64,000 nt of DNA from Chrysomallon squamiferum (lineage: Eukaryota; Animalia; Mollusca), in the NCBI GenBank assembly GCA_012295275.1, contig CM022667.1, forward strand, positions 16,306,001 through 16,370,000, read 5' to 3'. Positions 1 to 12,555 of the stretch are shown in pieces; the first letter of the stretch is position 1; the number at the start of each line of letters is the position of its first letter. The translations under genes were made by a program, and so were the position numbers. The notes under the pieces are model-generated. The model saw only the letters and a program-made list of their open reading frames with translations, was not told where the DNA came from and did not search any database.

Positions 1-1929
1 TGATAAGAATCAAGCTGACGTGTTTCCCTAATGTTTTATATTAAACCCAAGCATCCAAGTCCTACACTCTAAATAAATTCAAGATCCATCTATCCATCCA
101 TACATCCATCCATCCATCCATCCATCCATCCATACATACATACAACGATACATAAATGAATACATACAAAATACATTCATACATTACCACATTTTAACAT
201 TAATGTTTGTTACATTTTCAGGATGTTTTATTAAAGTGTATTTCAAAATATCAAATTATCTTCTATTTTCTTGAGTAATGTTTCAGAATGTTATTCATAT
301 TTTTTTGAACTCAGTAAAAAGTATCTTGATAGAATTATTTGCTGCCAGAATTAATTTTAAAACTTCATTAAACCAGTTTGAACATTAGCAGATCTCTCCA
401 TCTTGTTCTGTCAAGTGTCATGCCAAAAAAAAAAAAAAATAAATAAATAAAGAAAATAAATAAAAAAAGTAGAAACAAAACAAAACAGGGAATATTTTTT
501 TTTTCAAACATTAAAGCTTAAACGTTCATTTAAAGAAGAAAAAAGTAAACTCTAAATTTTAAAGTCTCATCATTATAGAGACTATTTAATATGTTCGTAT
601 TTTTTCAATTCTCTCTAATCAGCATATTTTATATTTGTTTATACCCAAGTAAGCTTGTTGTTGTTTATGTAGCCTAATAAGTATATTATCATTATTTTAT
701 CCATTGTACATCTCTAATGCTTTTGTGTTCCGCTTCTCAGTTTTTTATTTATTTAATTTATTTTGTTAATATTCTAAATCGAGTGACGTTTGAAATTTGA
801 CTAAATTTTTGACCCAGTTAATTTCTTCTGTGTAACACCCATCTCAGAATGATGTGAAGTGTAGATAACAGCTGAATGGAACATGATGCACTAGCAATTA
901 TTTACCTTTAACCTTTTCACAAATTTTGCAATTACCGATTTATGTGTGACTTTTAATGATAACAACTTTACAGGTAAGCAATATTTTAATATGTCTTGTA
1001 TTGAACTTTTGGGGTTCACGAATTCCAGCTTTGGTAACATTAAACTGTACAAGTGTTTAGAACAATTCCATAAAAAACAGTGACTAGGGTTAGCTGATTT
1101 ATTTTGTCTCTAGAGCTTTTATATTCATCTTTCAGCTGCAGACTTGATTTAATCCTTTAAGTTCTATCATTTGTTAAATAATAGTTGAATACACATCATT
1201 TAAAACTGAATTCATAGTTCTTTTTATGTATCAGACATTTTCAGAAAATATTTTGCTGTTATCCACCATTTTCATTTAAATCATTTATATATATATATAT
1301 GCCATTAACAGATACAATGATACCAATAAATGAAAGCACATAAGGTACTGAGGATAAAGATTTTTCTTTTAAGTTAATTAATTAATTCATTTGTTTCCTT
1401 GTGTAATCAAAAGTAATAGTAACGTTAATTGTTAACCAAACTGCAATTATATTGAAAGTATCTACCTTAATTTTGGGCTGTTCATTTGCATTTTTATTTG
1501 TGTTTTCTTATATGCATATACACCTAGTAACACACGCAGAAACATACATACACATAAAACAAACGAAACAAAAATACACAAGCCCACAAATACATAGATA
1601 CACGTACACACAAACACACAAAGACACACGATATTGTATTATCATTATCATTTTGCAGTGAATGACAGAACATTCAGAGTTAGAAGTTATAGCACTTTTA
1701 TTTCTAAATAATAAAACTTGTAAGAAGACAAAAATATGAAAAAAAGAAGAAAAACATCCTCACAATATATACAATACATTAAGTGTTAATACATTAAACT
1801 CACAATACATTAAATGTCATCGATGTTTTAAAATGCTGATTTGTAATTGTATTCTTATAAGATTAAATACAGTATTTTAATATAATTATAATTAATTTTA
1901 TGGATATTTGATAAAATAAAACAATTTAA

Positions 1930-2549
1930 TAAATATTAATTGCTGATGGATATGGATAACATATTATGTCTGTATATATAACTGCAATAAAGAATAACAC
2001 ACTCTTACATTATTCTGCAATGTATAGCATGTAAACTATAAAATAAAACCGTTAACATTTATATCTAAAATAATAAATGCACTGTATTAAATAAATAAAT
2101 AAACTTCAAAACTACTTTTGTTACAACATATAATGTTGTCAGTCATCTTCAAAACAGAATTATCAGTGTATATAATTATCTTCCATTGCTATTAGAAAAA
2201 AAAAAAAAAAAACAGAAACAAAATAAAATGGTAATAAAAATATAATATTGCAAGAAAACTAATTATGGCTAATTAAGTAAAAAAAAAAAAATATATTTGT
2301 CGTGGATACATTAATATAAGGTCTGAATAAATAACTAAAATAAACATTATCATAAATAAACTTACATTATTCTACAGTACAATACAATATAAAAAATAAA
2401 ACGAAAATGGGAAAGGATTATAAGGAAAAACATATTTTAAGAAAACTAACTGTGGCTAATGTTTAATGGATATAGATAATATAAGGTCTGTATAACTAAT
2501 TATAATAAAAAATACCACATTTTTACATTATTGTACAATATATAATATG

Positions 2550-2611
<62 letters not shown>

Positions 2612-3440
2612 AAACAAACCCACCCCCCTAAAAACCCAAAAGAAATAGTTTCAAATAACAGTTTGTTACAATATATAATATCGTCAGTCATCTACAAAAC
2701 AGAATTATAACTATATATCATCCACTGGTATGTAACACTCAGAAACCTTTATTGTTTTTGTTGGGGTTTTTTAAAAGAGAGAGGGGTAAAAAAGATAACT
2801 AATTATGGCTAATTAAAAATAAATATTAATTAGTAATGGATAATAATAATTATAAAAGATGGAAAAATAAACACCTAAAAAGAAAAAAGAGTTAAAAATA
2901 CAATTTTAGTTAACAGTTTGTTAGAACATATAATGTTATTAGTCATTTACAAAACAGAATTATCACAATATATAATTATCTTCCACTGCTACAAAGCAGT
3001 CAGAGCCTTAAAAATAATAATACATAAATAATATAAAATGTAATGTTAATAAAAAATATATATATTTTAAGAAAACTGAGGCTAATATCACACTCTCACA
3101 TTATTCTACAAAACAATACAATATTAAAAAGACCCTTACATATATATAAATATTAGAAAATAAATAAAAATATAAAAAACAAAACAATCTTAAGAAATAT
3201 TTTCAATTAACAGTTTGTTACATCATGTCAAATATAAAATAAAACAGCCAGTATTTGTATTTAAAAGAATTAATCCACTATATTTAACAATTTGTAATAA
3301 CATAACATTTTGTCAATCATCATACAAAACAGAATTATCACTATGTACAATTATCTTCACTGCTATAAAATTTCTGAAACTTAAAAAAGAAGACGATAAT
3401 AAAAATATAATACTAAAAAAAAGAGCAAAATTCTAAATGT
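1930..3440. repeat. Degenerate tandem repeat (units of a few hundred bp) downstream of TRPV copy A; homolog at ~36520-38050
   Basis: Recurring motifs caaaacagaattat(cactatatataattatcttccactg), aagaaaactaattatggcta, ataaggtctgtataaataact and cacactcttacattattct. Confidence 0.75.
2552..2608. repeat. (TA)n microsatellite
   Basis: Direct inspection. Confidence 0.95.
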
Positions 3441-3935
3441 TAACAATTCAAATTTTCTGTAATATTAACAGAAATATTCTACATATTCTATTTAAAGTAC
3501 ACATGCGAGTTTAAGATATATTTAAAACAATGAATACATTATAACTATAATTTAAATAATTTAAATACTTGTCTATAAAACTACTGATGGATAGATGTGC
3601 AGAAATATAAATGTCAGCTCTAAAGTTAGATTTCTTATCTTGGATCTCATTTTATTATCTTATTCTATTTATCAATATTTCATTCTTATCATTTCAGTCA
3701 ACAATATATCATTATATAAACAATATATCATTTCTCTTAAATTTTCAAATTCATTGACTGTATTTAAAAAAAAAAAAAGTAACAAACAAGGCTGCTTTTT
3801 GTTCAGACCGTCTACTATTATTGTTTTTCATTATCTCTCTGTCTTCTCAGATCGGTTCACCTTACTGATACTTTCTTTACATACAGTTATCTATTACAAG
3901 TACTCGTATTCTTATTTATTCTGTATAATTACAGG

Positions 3936-3937
<2 letters not shown>

Positions 3938-3986
<49 letters not shown>

Positions 3987-3999
3987 ACACACACACACA
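3938..3999. repeat. (CA)n microsatellite
   Basis: Direct inspection. Confidence 0.95.
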
Positions 4000-4851
4000 G
4001 ATATATCATTCATTGCTATTAACATCATTATAAAATATCCTGGTAGAGTTTTTGCAACCATGTCGTTAAAAAAAAATCTTACAAATATTATATAAAATAT
4101 TTCATCTCCAAATTCATAGAAGATAAAAATAATAAATAAACGAACAAGAAAATAAAGGTCAATTATTCAATGTTAATATTATTACAACGGATTTCATGTT
4201 GGCCAAACTGCACAAAAATAAAATTAGAATAATTTTTCTCAGGTTTTCTTAAATCTGCCACAATCAACAAGTTGTCATTTTTTTATTTTTTTATTATTGA
4301 CTTATCGGTTTCAAAATATTATTTGTAATACATGATCAGTGACTTCTTTTTATGATATGATTACGATTATTATGCCAAGATACTCGAAAAATGGGTGCTA
4401 TTGTACCATAGAGGTGATTTTATTTCTACAGATATGATATCTGTGCTTCACAGTTGTAACTATGAAAGAGACCATAAAACATCTGAAATTTAATTCAGTA
4501 AAACATATTTCCTAGCAATGACACTATCAAAATACAAATCATTATACAGTCATTTAACACAAATTCACAGAAAATGATCTCTATACATAATTTATTATTA
4601 TTATTGTTGTTGTTGTTGTTCTGGGGTTTTTATTATTATTATGATTTAAAGTGTACGTATTCAACTCTTTCCGAGGAAAGGTGGCTGTAATTTACAGAAA
4701 ATTCACAAATATTAAATGGTAATGTCAAATACTAAGAAACATTTAACATATAATTATTATATCCTTTTCACTTTCAGATATTTATTTTCTATATTAGGTG
4801 TTGGGTTATATCTTATTCGTTCTTTGCTATATTAAAAGTGTGTCATGATCA

Positions 4852-7077
4852 TTATTTATTTACACATCGTTGAAAAATCCCAATTAGTATTTCCCTAAGA
4901 GTTTGTCTCACTTCCAGTAAACCCGGAATAACGTTAATATTTGTTTCTGAATTTTTCTTGGTTTTGTCTTCTTTCACAAGTTTAATAAAATATCTTTTCT
5001 CGTCTATAATTAACTTCTGTTTAATATCAAAATGCTTAATATCTTTTTCTTCTCCAGTACATAGCTTCATGCATCGAAGTAAGATTTTCTCTATGAAGAT
5101 AATTACTGAAAGCCGCTGCACAGTCCAATGTATGTCTTCGTCTGCTGATATTAGAGCACATGTTTGTGTCATCATAGCAATGAGGGCATTGAACATCAAG
5201 ACGTAAGTGAGAAGGACAAAGAGTATAACAAGAGTTGTGGCCAGCCAAGGCACACTTGCTTCACTGAGCACAGTAAGTTTAGGCAAACCCAGCATCATGT
5301 TAAATAAAGTAAACATAGTCATCTGAAAACTCTCAAAATTATCAGAATTGTTACCTTGTATGTTAGTTTGAACAAAGAGCATGTAAATCATTGCTGCAAA
5401 TGACAGATATTCGATCAATATAATGACCAAAAAACGAATCAGATCACCAAATAAAACCTTTTGTAACATCACGGTGAAAAAACTGAATTTTTTAAAACCT
5501 CTGAGAAAAAATGTGAGGAACCCCCATCCAATAAGGACTGAAAGTATAATAAGGTAGGCTGAACCAGGCTGGATGAAGTACCAGACAGCGTCTACAAATA
5601 TTGTTACAAAAAACAGAACTAGAAGACGGTGGTATGTCCCATTAGGAAAGATCCTTCTGAAATTCGACCATTTTCTTTTATAAAGAGATCTTCCTTTCAT
5701 CAGCAAATATAGTATAAAAATAATCACATTTAAGGAACCAGTCGTAGTAACAAAACTTGTTTCAGTTTGTGATGAAGTTTGATTGTTCCCTGATGTCGAA
5801 TAAGTATGTTGCTCGGTTCTTAAAATGGCATATGATGTAATCCAAGTGATATATATGAGGTGGAAAATTCCCCACAAATAGTAATACCACCTGTACTGAG
5901 ACCATTTTTTCTCTATAACCTCTCTAATAACTGGCAGCTTTACAAATTCAAATGCTGTTTTAGTGTCCAATTCACTGATTCTTTCTAGGATCCCTTTGAT
6001 TTCAGTGACCCCTAACTGATTAAATCTAGTTTCGTTGTTAATGACATTTTTGGACGATGTATTTTCTTCATAATTATTCTGAAGCCAATTTAGCATTGAA
6101 ACAGAGTCTATTTCAGTTATATCATACCGTCTGATGTGGAATAAGCCATCGTTTTTGTGAAGTCTGCAGTAAACATCATCTAAATTTAGAATGAAGTCAA
6201 ATATTTCTGTTTGACCTAGTTGGCTTGCCAATTGTAATGGGGTACGTTTTTCATAATTTGGGTAAAACCAGACAGCAACTGGATCACTTTCTTCATCAAC
6301 TCCTTTCTTTTCACATTTTCTTTTGTCTAGACAGGCGTTAAGGTATGCCATCATTTGAATAACCTTTTTTTCATTATTAGGATGACAAGCTGAATATTTC
6401 ACAAGAGAATGAAAAACTGTATCATCATAGGTATTAGGAAGTGCTATTTTAGCACCATTTTCAATGAGCAACTTGACCATTTGTTCGTTAAAAGTCAGGG
6501 CTGCCACGGAAAGTGGAAGCTCTCCCATCATAACTGTGTATCTAAACCGACTGCCAATGGCCGGGATACTTAGCAGGTGTTTTCTTTTTTTTTCATTTTG
6601 AAGCAGAACCTTTGCTGTGTTAACTCTTTTTCTGCTAATAGCAATGTGAAGAGCTGTCTCCCCTTCATACTCACCAGTTCTTATCTCTGTTAGAAGCCTG
6701 GGGCAGAGAGAAACAATCTTTTTAACTAAATCATCACCGTCTTCATATTTAGTTATCAGATGAAGTAAGGTTTTACCTTTTTTACTACTTGATTTCTCCT
6801 GTTTGTCTTTACATTTAGTTGTCGGAGGAAGTAAGGTTTGATCTTTTTTACTATTTGATTTCTCCTGTTTGTCTTTACATTTAGTTGTCAGATGAAGTAA
6901 GGTTTCACATTTTTCACTATTTTTCCTCTCCTGTTTGTCTTTTCTTTGATAACGGTAATCCGCCAACTGTTTTTCACAGTCACTACTTGTTTCAATCTTA
7001 TTAAGTTTTTTCATCACTTCATCATGTCTGAAATTAATTATGTCCTCTGCAAGCTTTTCCATTTCTGAATCGCACAT
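4852..7077 (-). CDS. TRPV: TRPV-family cation channel (TRPV5/6-like motifs), single coding exon, 741 aa, copy A
   Basis: Ankyrin repeats (GETALHIAI, GELPLSVAAL...NGA, DTVFHSLV, TPLQLASQLG), linker YDITEIDS, pre-S1 PVIREVIEKKW, six hydrophobic segments, S4-S5 linker FFLRGF..FSFFTVMLQKVLFGDLIRF, pore helix/filter LFNMMLGLPKL, S6 LMFNALIAMM, TRP box WTVQR. An in-frame stop lies 15 codons upstream of the ATG. Confidence 0.95.
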   Translation of the reverse strand: MCDSEMEKLAEDIINFRHDEVMKKLNKIETSSDCEKQLADYRYQRKDKQERKNSEKCETLLHLTTKCKDKQEKSNSKKDQTLLPPTTKCKDKQEKSSSKKGKTLLHLITKYEDGDDLVKKIVSLCPRLLTEIRTGEYEGETALHIAISRKRVNTAKVLLQNEKKRKHLLSIPAIGSRFRYTVMMGELPLSVAALTFNEQMVKLLIENGAKIALPNTYDDTVFHSLVKYSACHPNNEKKVIQMMAYLNACLDKRKCEKKGVDEESDPVAVWFYPNYEKRTPLQLASQLGQTEIFDFILNLDDVYCRLHKNDGLFHIRRYDITEIDSVSMLNWLQNNYEENTSSKNVINNETRFNQLGVTEIKGILERISELDTKTAFEFVKLPVIREVIEKKWSQYRWYYYLWGIFHLIYITWITSYAILRTEQHTYSTSGNNQTSSQTETSFVTTTGSLNVIIFILYLLMKGRSLYKRKWSNFRRIFPNGTYHRLLVLFFVTIFVDAVWYFIQPGSAYLIILSVLIGWGFLTFFLRGFKKFSFFTVMLQKVLFGDLIRFLVIILIEYLSFAAMIYMLFVQTNIQGNNSDNFESFQMTMFTLFNMMLGLPKLTVLSEASVPWLATTLVILFVLLTYVLMFNALIAMMTQTCALISADEDIHWTVQRLSVIIFIEKILLRCMKLCTGEEKDIKHFDIKQKLIIDEKRYFIKLVKEDKTKKNSETNINVIPGLLEVRQTLREILIGIFQRCVNK
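6745..6942 (-). repeat. Three in-frame 66-bp (22-aa) tandem repeats in the TRPV copy A N-terminus (two in copy B, ~40960-41090)
   Basis: KDKQERKNSEKCETLLHLTTKC / KDKQEKSNSKKDQTLLPPTTKC / KDKQEKSSSKKGKTLLHLITKY; DNA motif tctcctgtttgtcttt recurs every 66 bp. Confidence 0.9.
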
Positions 7078-7677
7078 TTCAAATAGTAGTATATTAGTTA
7101 CACTAAATTCAAATTTGTTTTAAAAATGCATGATGTATGCCGCCATGCAGCCTCTTCAGCAGCGTTTAGAAAAGTATTATTTGAATTGATTTTCTTTCAG
7201 TCAGTTCTGTTTCTTCACAGAACATATTCTTAAGAGCTTAGATTATACCTAAACTTCATGTATTTGTTTTATTTCCAAACTGGTAAATATTAAGCTGAAG
7301 TAGCACTTGGTCAGATATACTGACGCTTCTCTAATTTTCATTAAACAGAAATTCTTATAGATGTTATTTTTTTGTTTTTAATTTGCTTTTGTTGCTTCAT
7401 TTTATAATATTTATTATTTTTATTTTTTATATTTTGATGTGATTCTGATCAATGTTTATGGTAGAAATATGTTTCACATGTCATGTCCTTTCCAAGAATA
7501 TTGACCTGAAAGACAATAACAACAATATTAATTCATTTTTTTGCATGCCTGTCAATTAGAAGGAACATAATTTGATATTTTGAAATACACTTTAATAAAA
7601 CATCCTGAAAATATAATAAACATTAATATTAAAATGTGGTAATATATATTGGTGCATGGATGTAAATGTCTATGTAT

Positions 7678-7828
7678 CCATGTATGTATTATGTATGTAT
7701 GTATGTATGTATGTATGTATGTATGTATGTATGTATGTATGTATGTATGTATGTATGTATGTATGAATGAATGGATGTATGGATGGATGGATGGATGGAT
7801 GGATGGATGGATGGATGGATGGATGGAT
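7678..7828. repeat. Compound (TATG)n(TGGA)n microsatellite; also 41850-42008 and inverted at 85-180 and 35617-35715
   Basis: Direct inspection. Confidence 0.95.
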
Positions 7829-8559
7829 GTGTGTATAGGCTTTGAGCTGTTATTATATTCAGAGCTCAGGAATTGGTGCCTTGGGTTTAATCAGAAACAT
7901 TACGGAGCCGAGGCAATTTCTTTCTTATCTCGTGTTCATTCACGTCATTGACACTGCTGCAGACCGTAGCTATACTATGGCCAATAACTAATGAAAACCA
8001 TGTTTATGCAAATTACTCGCACCGAAAAAGAGGTTTGAACATCCAGCGGCTTCCCAATTTAGTGTTTTTAAATTCTATCTTGCCTCAACTTCCCAGTTAA
8101 TCCCAAAATCTCACTTGGATATACAAGATGAGCAGATCTCTAAAGCTTTTCTTAGATAAGATCTTAGAGTGGATGGACAACATCTGATCTTCGCCACAGA
8201 TTTAAAGCTATTACTTCTATTCAAATCCAAAACGTAGAATATTTTCTGAAGAGCTACTTGTCAACGTTTCGACAATATCTCAGCTCGTAACATGTTATTA
8301 TGTTTCGTCGATATAAAGAGAATTATTCTCATTCATATATTTTGCCAATGCCAGCAGCACACAGACGTGGACTTTGACGTGACGAGCAGTACGTAACATA
8401 ATGCACTGACATCAACAGCAAAGGCTGTGCATTCATGTTTGCCCGCCTCCACAGACAGAAATCGACAGTAGTTTTCAGGATAATGGTGGCCGTCCACTTG
8501 TGTAAAGATATGAATATCCTCTCGTTTTTGATCGAGTTTGAGGTGTATTCGATGAAAAT

Positions 8560-11500
8560 AATGAGTTGAAGAGAGGAGGGAAAATATCTACCAAGGGAAG
8601 AAGACGTTTGGCCAGTTCTCAGCATTATAATTACTATACATCCTTTATGATTCTGTACTATGATTGTCTATCAAGTTGTACAATCATCAAGAGGAATTAC
8701 AGAAATAATCGAGATCCAGCTTGAGTAATTTTGTCTGTGATGGTTCTATATGCACATAAATACACATAGAGATACCAATTTGAGACTGGGAAAAGTAGTG
8801 CACAACAACATTTGTGTTCACTTGTGTAAAATGTATTTAATATATACTGCGTAAAATAATCTTGAACTACATTTTTGTTTCAGGGTCTTTATGCTCCCGT
8901 CCACAGATGGCATCACTGAGGGGATTGTCAGTTGTCTGAGTTTTCCGATTTCTAAACAGACAGAATTGCAGATTTGAAGAAATAAAAATCAGTTAATTGT
9001 GAGGCATCTGGATTTTCCAGTAAAACACTGAATCCACAAAACTCTAAAATAGCAGGATAAGTTCTAACAGGAATGTGTGAAATATTACAAGCATGGGAAT
9101 ACCTAACGCAAAGGCCTAGATAAATACATTAGATAAACAACCCTGAGTGGCGACAATTAATGGCATCTGGTAATGAAATAAATTCAAAATAAAGATTCCT
9201 GGAGAGATCAGTTGTAATAACAGAGTTAATTACTGATACACTGAAACCTAAAACAAAGTTAGTAGACTAAATGATTTTACTATTTCACTTTATATGTACT
9301 AATGAATTTAAATCTAAAGTAAATCTGGTATCAAAATAATACAAATCTGTGGAAAACCAAAAGTTTAGTTCACAGAAACTATATTGTGGGCATGGCATGA
9401 TTCGCTTCTTGTAATTAAACACTGAATTCCTAGCTGACTTAAACTTATAACAGCTTCGCAAAATGTCTAAAGCTAAAAAGCTAAAAGATCAGGTCCCAGA
9501 GTTGCAGGCTGCTTTAAAAGAACTAGCTGTGACTCAACGAATTAATGAGGAATTGGTTGAAAATAGTGCCAAAGGTTAGAGTACTAAACCAGTGACCAAG
9601 CTTTTTATATCGGAATCGAGATAAAGAAGAGTAAATATAATGGGTCAGATAATGCCCTCACATTTATAGATTTTCGGGATCAGGTAGAAAGGTCATTTCT
9701 ACATCAGAGCCGTGTAGAAATGTAGCATGATAGTTTTATATTAGCTCACTTAGATGGTGAAGAAATTAGGTTGAAGTCAGAAGACCAAGAAAATCCAGAA
9801 GTGGTTTGCATAAGACATTTTAGTATAGATCATCAGTGAATGAACTTTTTTGATCGATCACAGAAGGAAGACGAATCATTGAGATAATTATCTTACTGTC
9901 TCTCTGAATCACTGGATAGAGTGAACAGGAGAAACGCAGATATGGTATTCGAGAAGATTAATGCATTGTTACACCAATTTGCTGAGAATGTGAGAGCTCC
10001 AAGTCTACAAGAAATTATTAAAACAATTAGTCCAGCAGAGAGATGGCATGACCTTTCTCCAATTACAGGAAGAAGCCTTAAAATGTTGGAAGATATGGGG
10101 TGTTCCAGCACTGCAAAATACAAAGTATCATCCAGAACAGTGGTTGCAGATGTCACCTCTTTGTTCTTAACAAATTATGTAGCTGTGCTACGGGAAGCTG
10201 CTTCAAAATAGCAGAAGCAGAGAGAAAACCAGTCTTATATGTTTGCAAGTATAGCGCAGGGGAGAAAAGATGGCTGTCTGAGCTGACAAAATTTGATTTT
10301 GATGTGAAATATCGTTCAGCGGAACACAATAAGAATGGCGATGCTGTATTGAGGAAGAAATTTCACTGAATAACGTTTACTTCAGACGAAGGAACGTTGT
10401 TAAAAGCTACGAGAAACAATCAGACCAGTGATACTGAGTGATGGAAGCAAAGTCATTTCAACAGTTTAATAAAATTATGGAAGCCATAACAACATTTCCC
10501 AGCTAGTTTTTAGATGAAATAGCAGCGATGCAGGCAACATACAAATTAATAAGGAGATTACTGCATTACATGGTTAGAGGCAGGAAACAATGCAGAACTG
10601 AGCGAAGATTAGAAAAGTCTGGTTTGTTAACACTAATACGAAAATGGGACACATTATTTCTTGAAAAGAATGTGCTTCGTTAAAGAAAAGTAGAGGACCC
10701 CAGTTTGGGACGTATGAAGCCGATAGCTTACCAGGCATGACGAAGGGAAAATCTCTGCATAGTTTACATCATCAGACAGGAAAACAAAAGAAACACAAAT
10801 ATGTCAGAATAAAATGATAGTGGCCTGCAATGCACAAAGATGTGGAACAATGGTGTAAAGAGTGTGAAAGGTGTGCAGTGACTAATGAAGCTGCTGCATC
10901 TACCGGTGGGATACCTTATTGCCATAAGACCTTTTCAGACTGTAGCTACGTACTGGAGCCATCTTCGAGAGGCAAAGAAAATGTTTTAGTCATCACTGAA
11001 TGTTTTCCCAAATTCACTGTGGCGGCTCCCTCGAAAACCCAGAAGGCTTTAACCGCAGCAAAGTTCTTAGTGTCTGAGTAGTTTCAGCGATATCGGGCAC
11101 CAGAACGATTACACTGTGATCAGGTTAGAAACTTCGATTCGAAGGTATTAAGTAGTTTATACAGTGAATAAGAACAGGGCAACACCCTCCCTGCCAAGAT
11201 AATTCTTCATCATGTGCTTCTCACAGTTCCCAGGGATCGTAATAAAAAATGGTCTGAGTAGGTACTTATCATTATGCTGCTGCAACTCATTCTATAGAAG
11301 ACTTTTCACCATTTTATCTGATGTTTGGAAGACACGCTCGGCTTCCAATCGACTCTCTTCTGGGAGAGGCAATGGCGAGAACAGAAGAATATGCTACCAG
11401 AATGGATACAGGAGCATCAAGAGAAGCTAGGTCATGCCTGTGAAAAAGGAAGGGAGAATGCCAGAATTGAGGCAGAAGCGAGGAAGTCTCGCCGTAATGA

Positions 11501-12555
11501 AGTGCTTAACTACGTTAACATTGATTCTCTTATTATATCACATCCATGGCAGGAAAAAATTCACGACCAGACTTAAGTCAACTGTACAGAGTCACTGAAA
11601 TGCTGGATCTAGATTGAAGGTTATACAAAGTTTGTCCTCTGGAAGATATGAAAGATATCAGGGTGGTGTATATGTTAGAGGTGAAACACTGAAGTACATA
11701 TAAAGAGAAAGATGATTTGATGGAGGATGAACTTCAATGAGGCAAAGCAAGAAATAACCCGTCTATTGCATTATATATACCATCATCGTCAAGGTAGCTT
11801 GATGATCCAAATCAACTTTTTGTAAACAATGTAGTCCCACCATTTCAAGCACAAAAGGTACCTGGAGGCACTCTGAGACTGTCTCAGTGTACCTGCCAGC
11901 AATCACTAACGAGCAGGTCACAGATAAAAATGTTTGCCATCTACATTATCAAATGAAAATGTTTTGATCAGAGTTAATTGTACATTAATGCACCAGGCAG
12001 TTAGAAAGGTAAGAGGTGGTTGCAGTCATCGAAATAGAAGATAAGCACATTTGATTAAGTCAGTAATAAGTCTAGCTAGTCTGACGTTTATTTTGAAACA
12101 TAACTAGTTTTTTTGAAATTTGTAGATTATGCTTCATACCTTAACATTTAGAAATGTCTAGTTCAAAGTTCTCAGAATAGGTTAATGAAAATCATCATGT
12201 TTCATCATCTTATGAATGTTTTTGAGGACCTTAATGTTAAGCAGTGGTGTTTGTGAGGGACTTAACTAAAGCCGCGGAACATAATATAAAGACACATATA
12301 CACCATTAACGCATCTGAGGTTTATATCTCTTTGTTTGGACTTAACGTACTTGAGGAATTCCTCCAAAACACTTGGGACATTAATATACTATAAACCCTT
12401 TCACTGGGGCTATATTGAGGAATGCAGGACAGTAAATGTCTGCCAGAATTGTCAGTGGTGTCGGATGTTATCAGTGTGAATGGGGTGAAAGTTATTTCAA
12501 TAGAAGGATAAAGAATTTCCCGGACTTCTGCGATTTGAAAAGCTAACTGGACAAT
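8560..12555 (+). mobile_element. Decayed Ty3/Gypsy LTR retrotransposon (partial 5' LTR, gag remnant, RNase H end, integrase, partial 3' LTR; no RT found)
   Basis: RNase H tail RWLSELTKFDFDVKYRSAEHNKNGDAVLR (~10265-10355); integrase Zn finger WPAMHKDVEQWCKECERC; core ENVLVITECFPKFTVA..KTQKA.TAAKFLVSE*FQRYRAPERLHCDQVRNFDS. Many stops and frameshifts. An LTR-like segment starts TGTGAGGG at 12252, and its distal half is homologous to 8560-8700 via the solo copies. Confidence 0.85.

Noticed and set aside
250-960. Possible minus-strand LINE ORF2 3' end followed by a microsatellite tail
   Set aside because: Suggestive layout, but I could not read a diagnostic motif, so it is left as unclassified duplicated sequence.
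1930-3440. CRISPR-like recurring motifs
   Set aside because: Long degenerate eukaryotic tandem repeats with no constant repeat-spacer period and no cas genes.
3595-4095. 166-aa plus-strand ORF
   Set aside because: AT-rich, includes a (CA)n-derived HTHT run, has no recognisable domain and is not conserved as an ORF in unit B.
4958-5248. Short ORFs overlapping TRPV copy A (likewise 39708-39896 and 40622-40906 in copy B)
   Set aside because: Alternative-frame or antisense by-products of the real CDS.
7649-7951. MYVC/MDGW repeat ORFs (also 41817-42032 and 21981-22232)
   Set aside because: Translations of (TATG)n(TGGA)n microsatellites.
9463-11576. Domesticated gag or integrase gene
   Set aside because: Many stops and frameshifts, RT missing, and independent decay in the two units.
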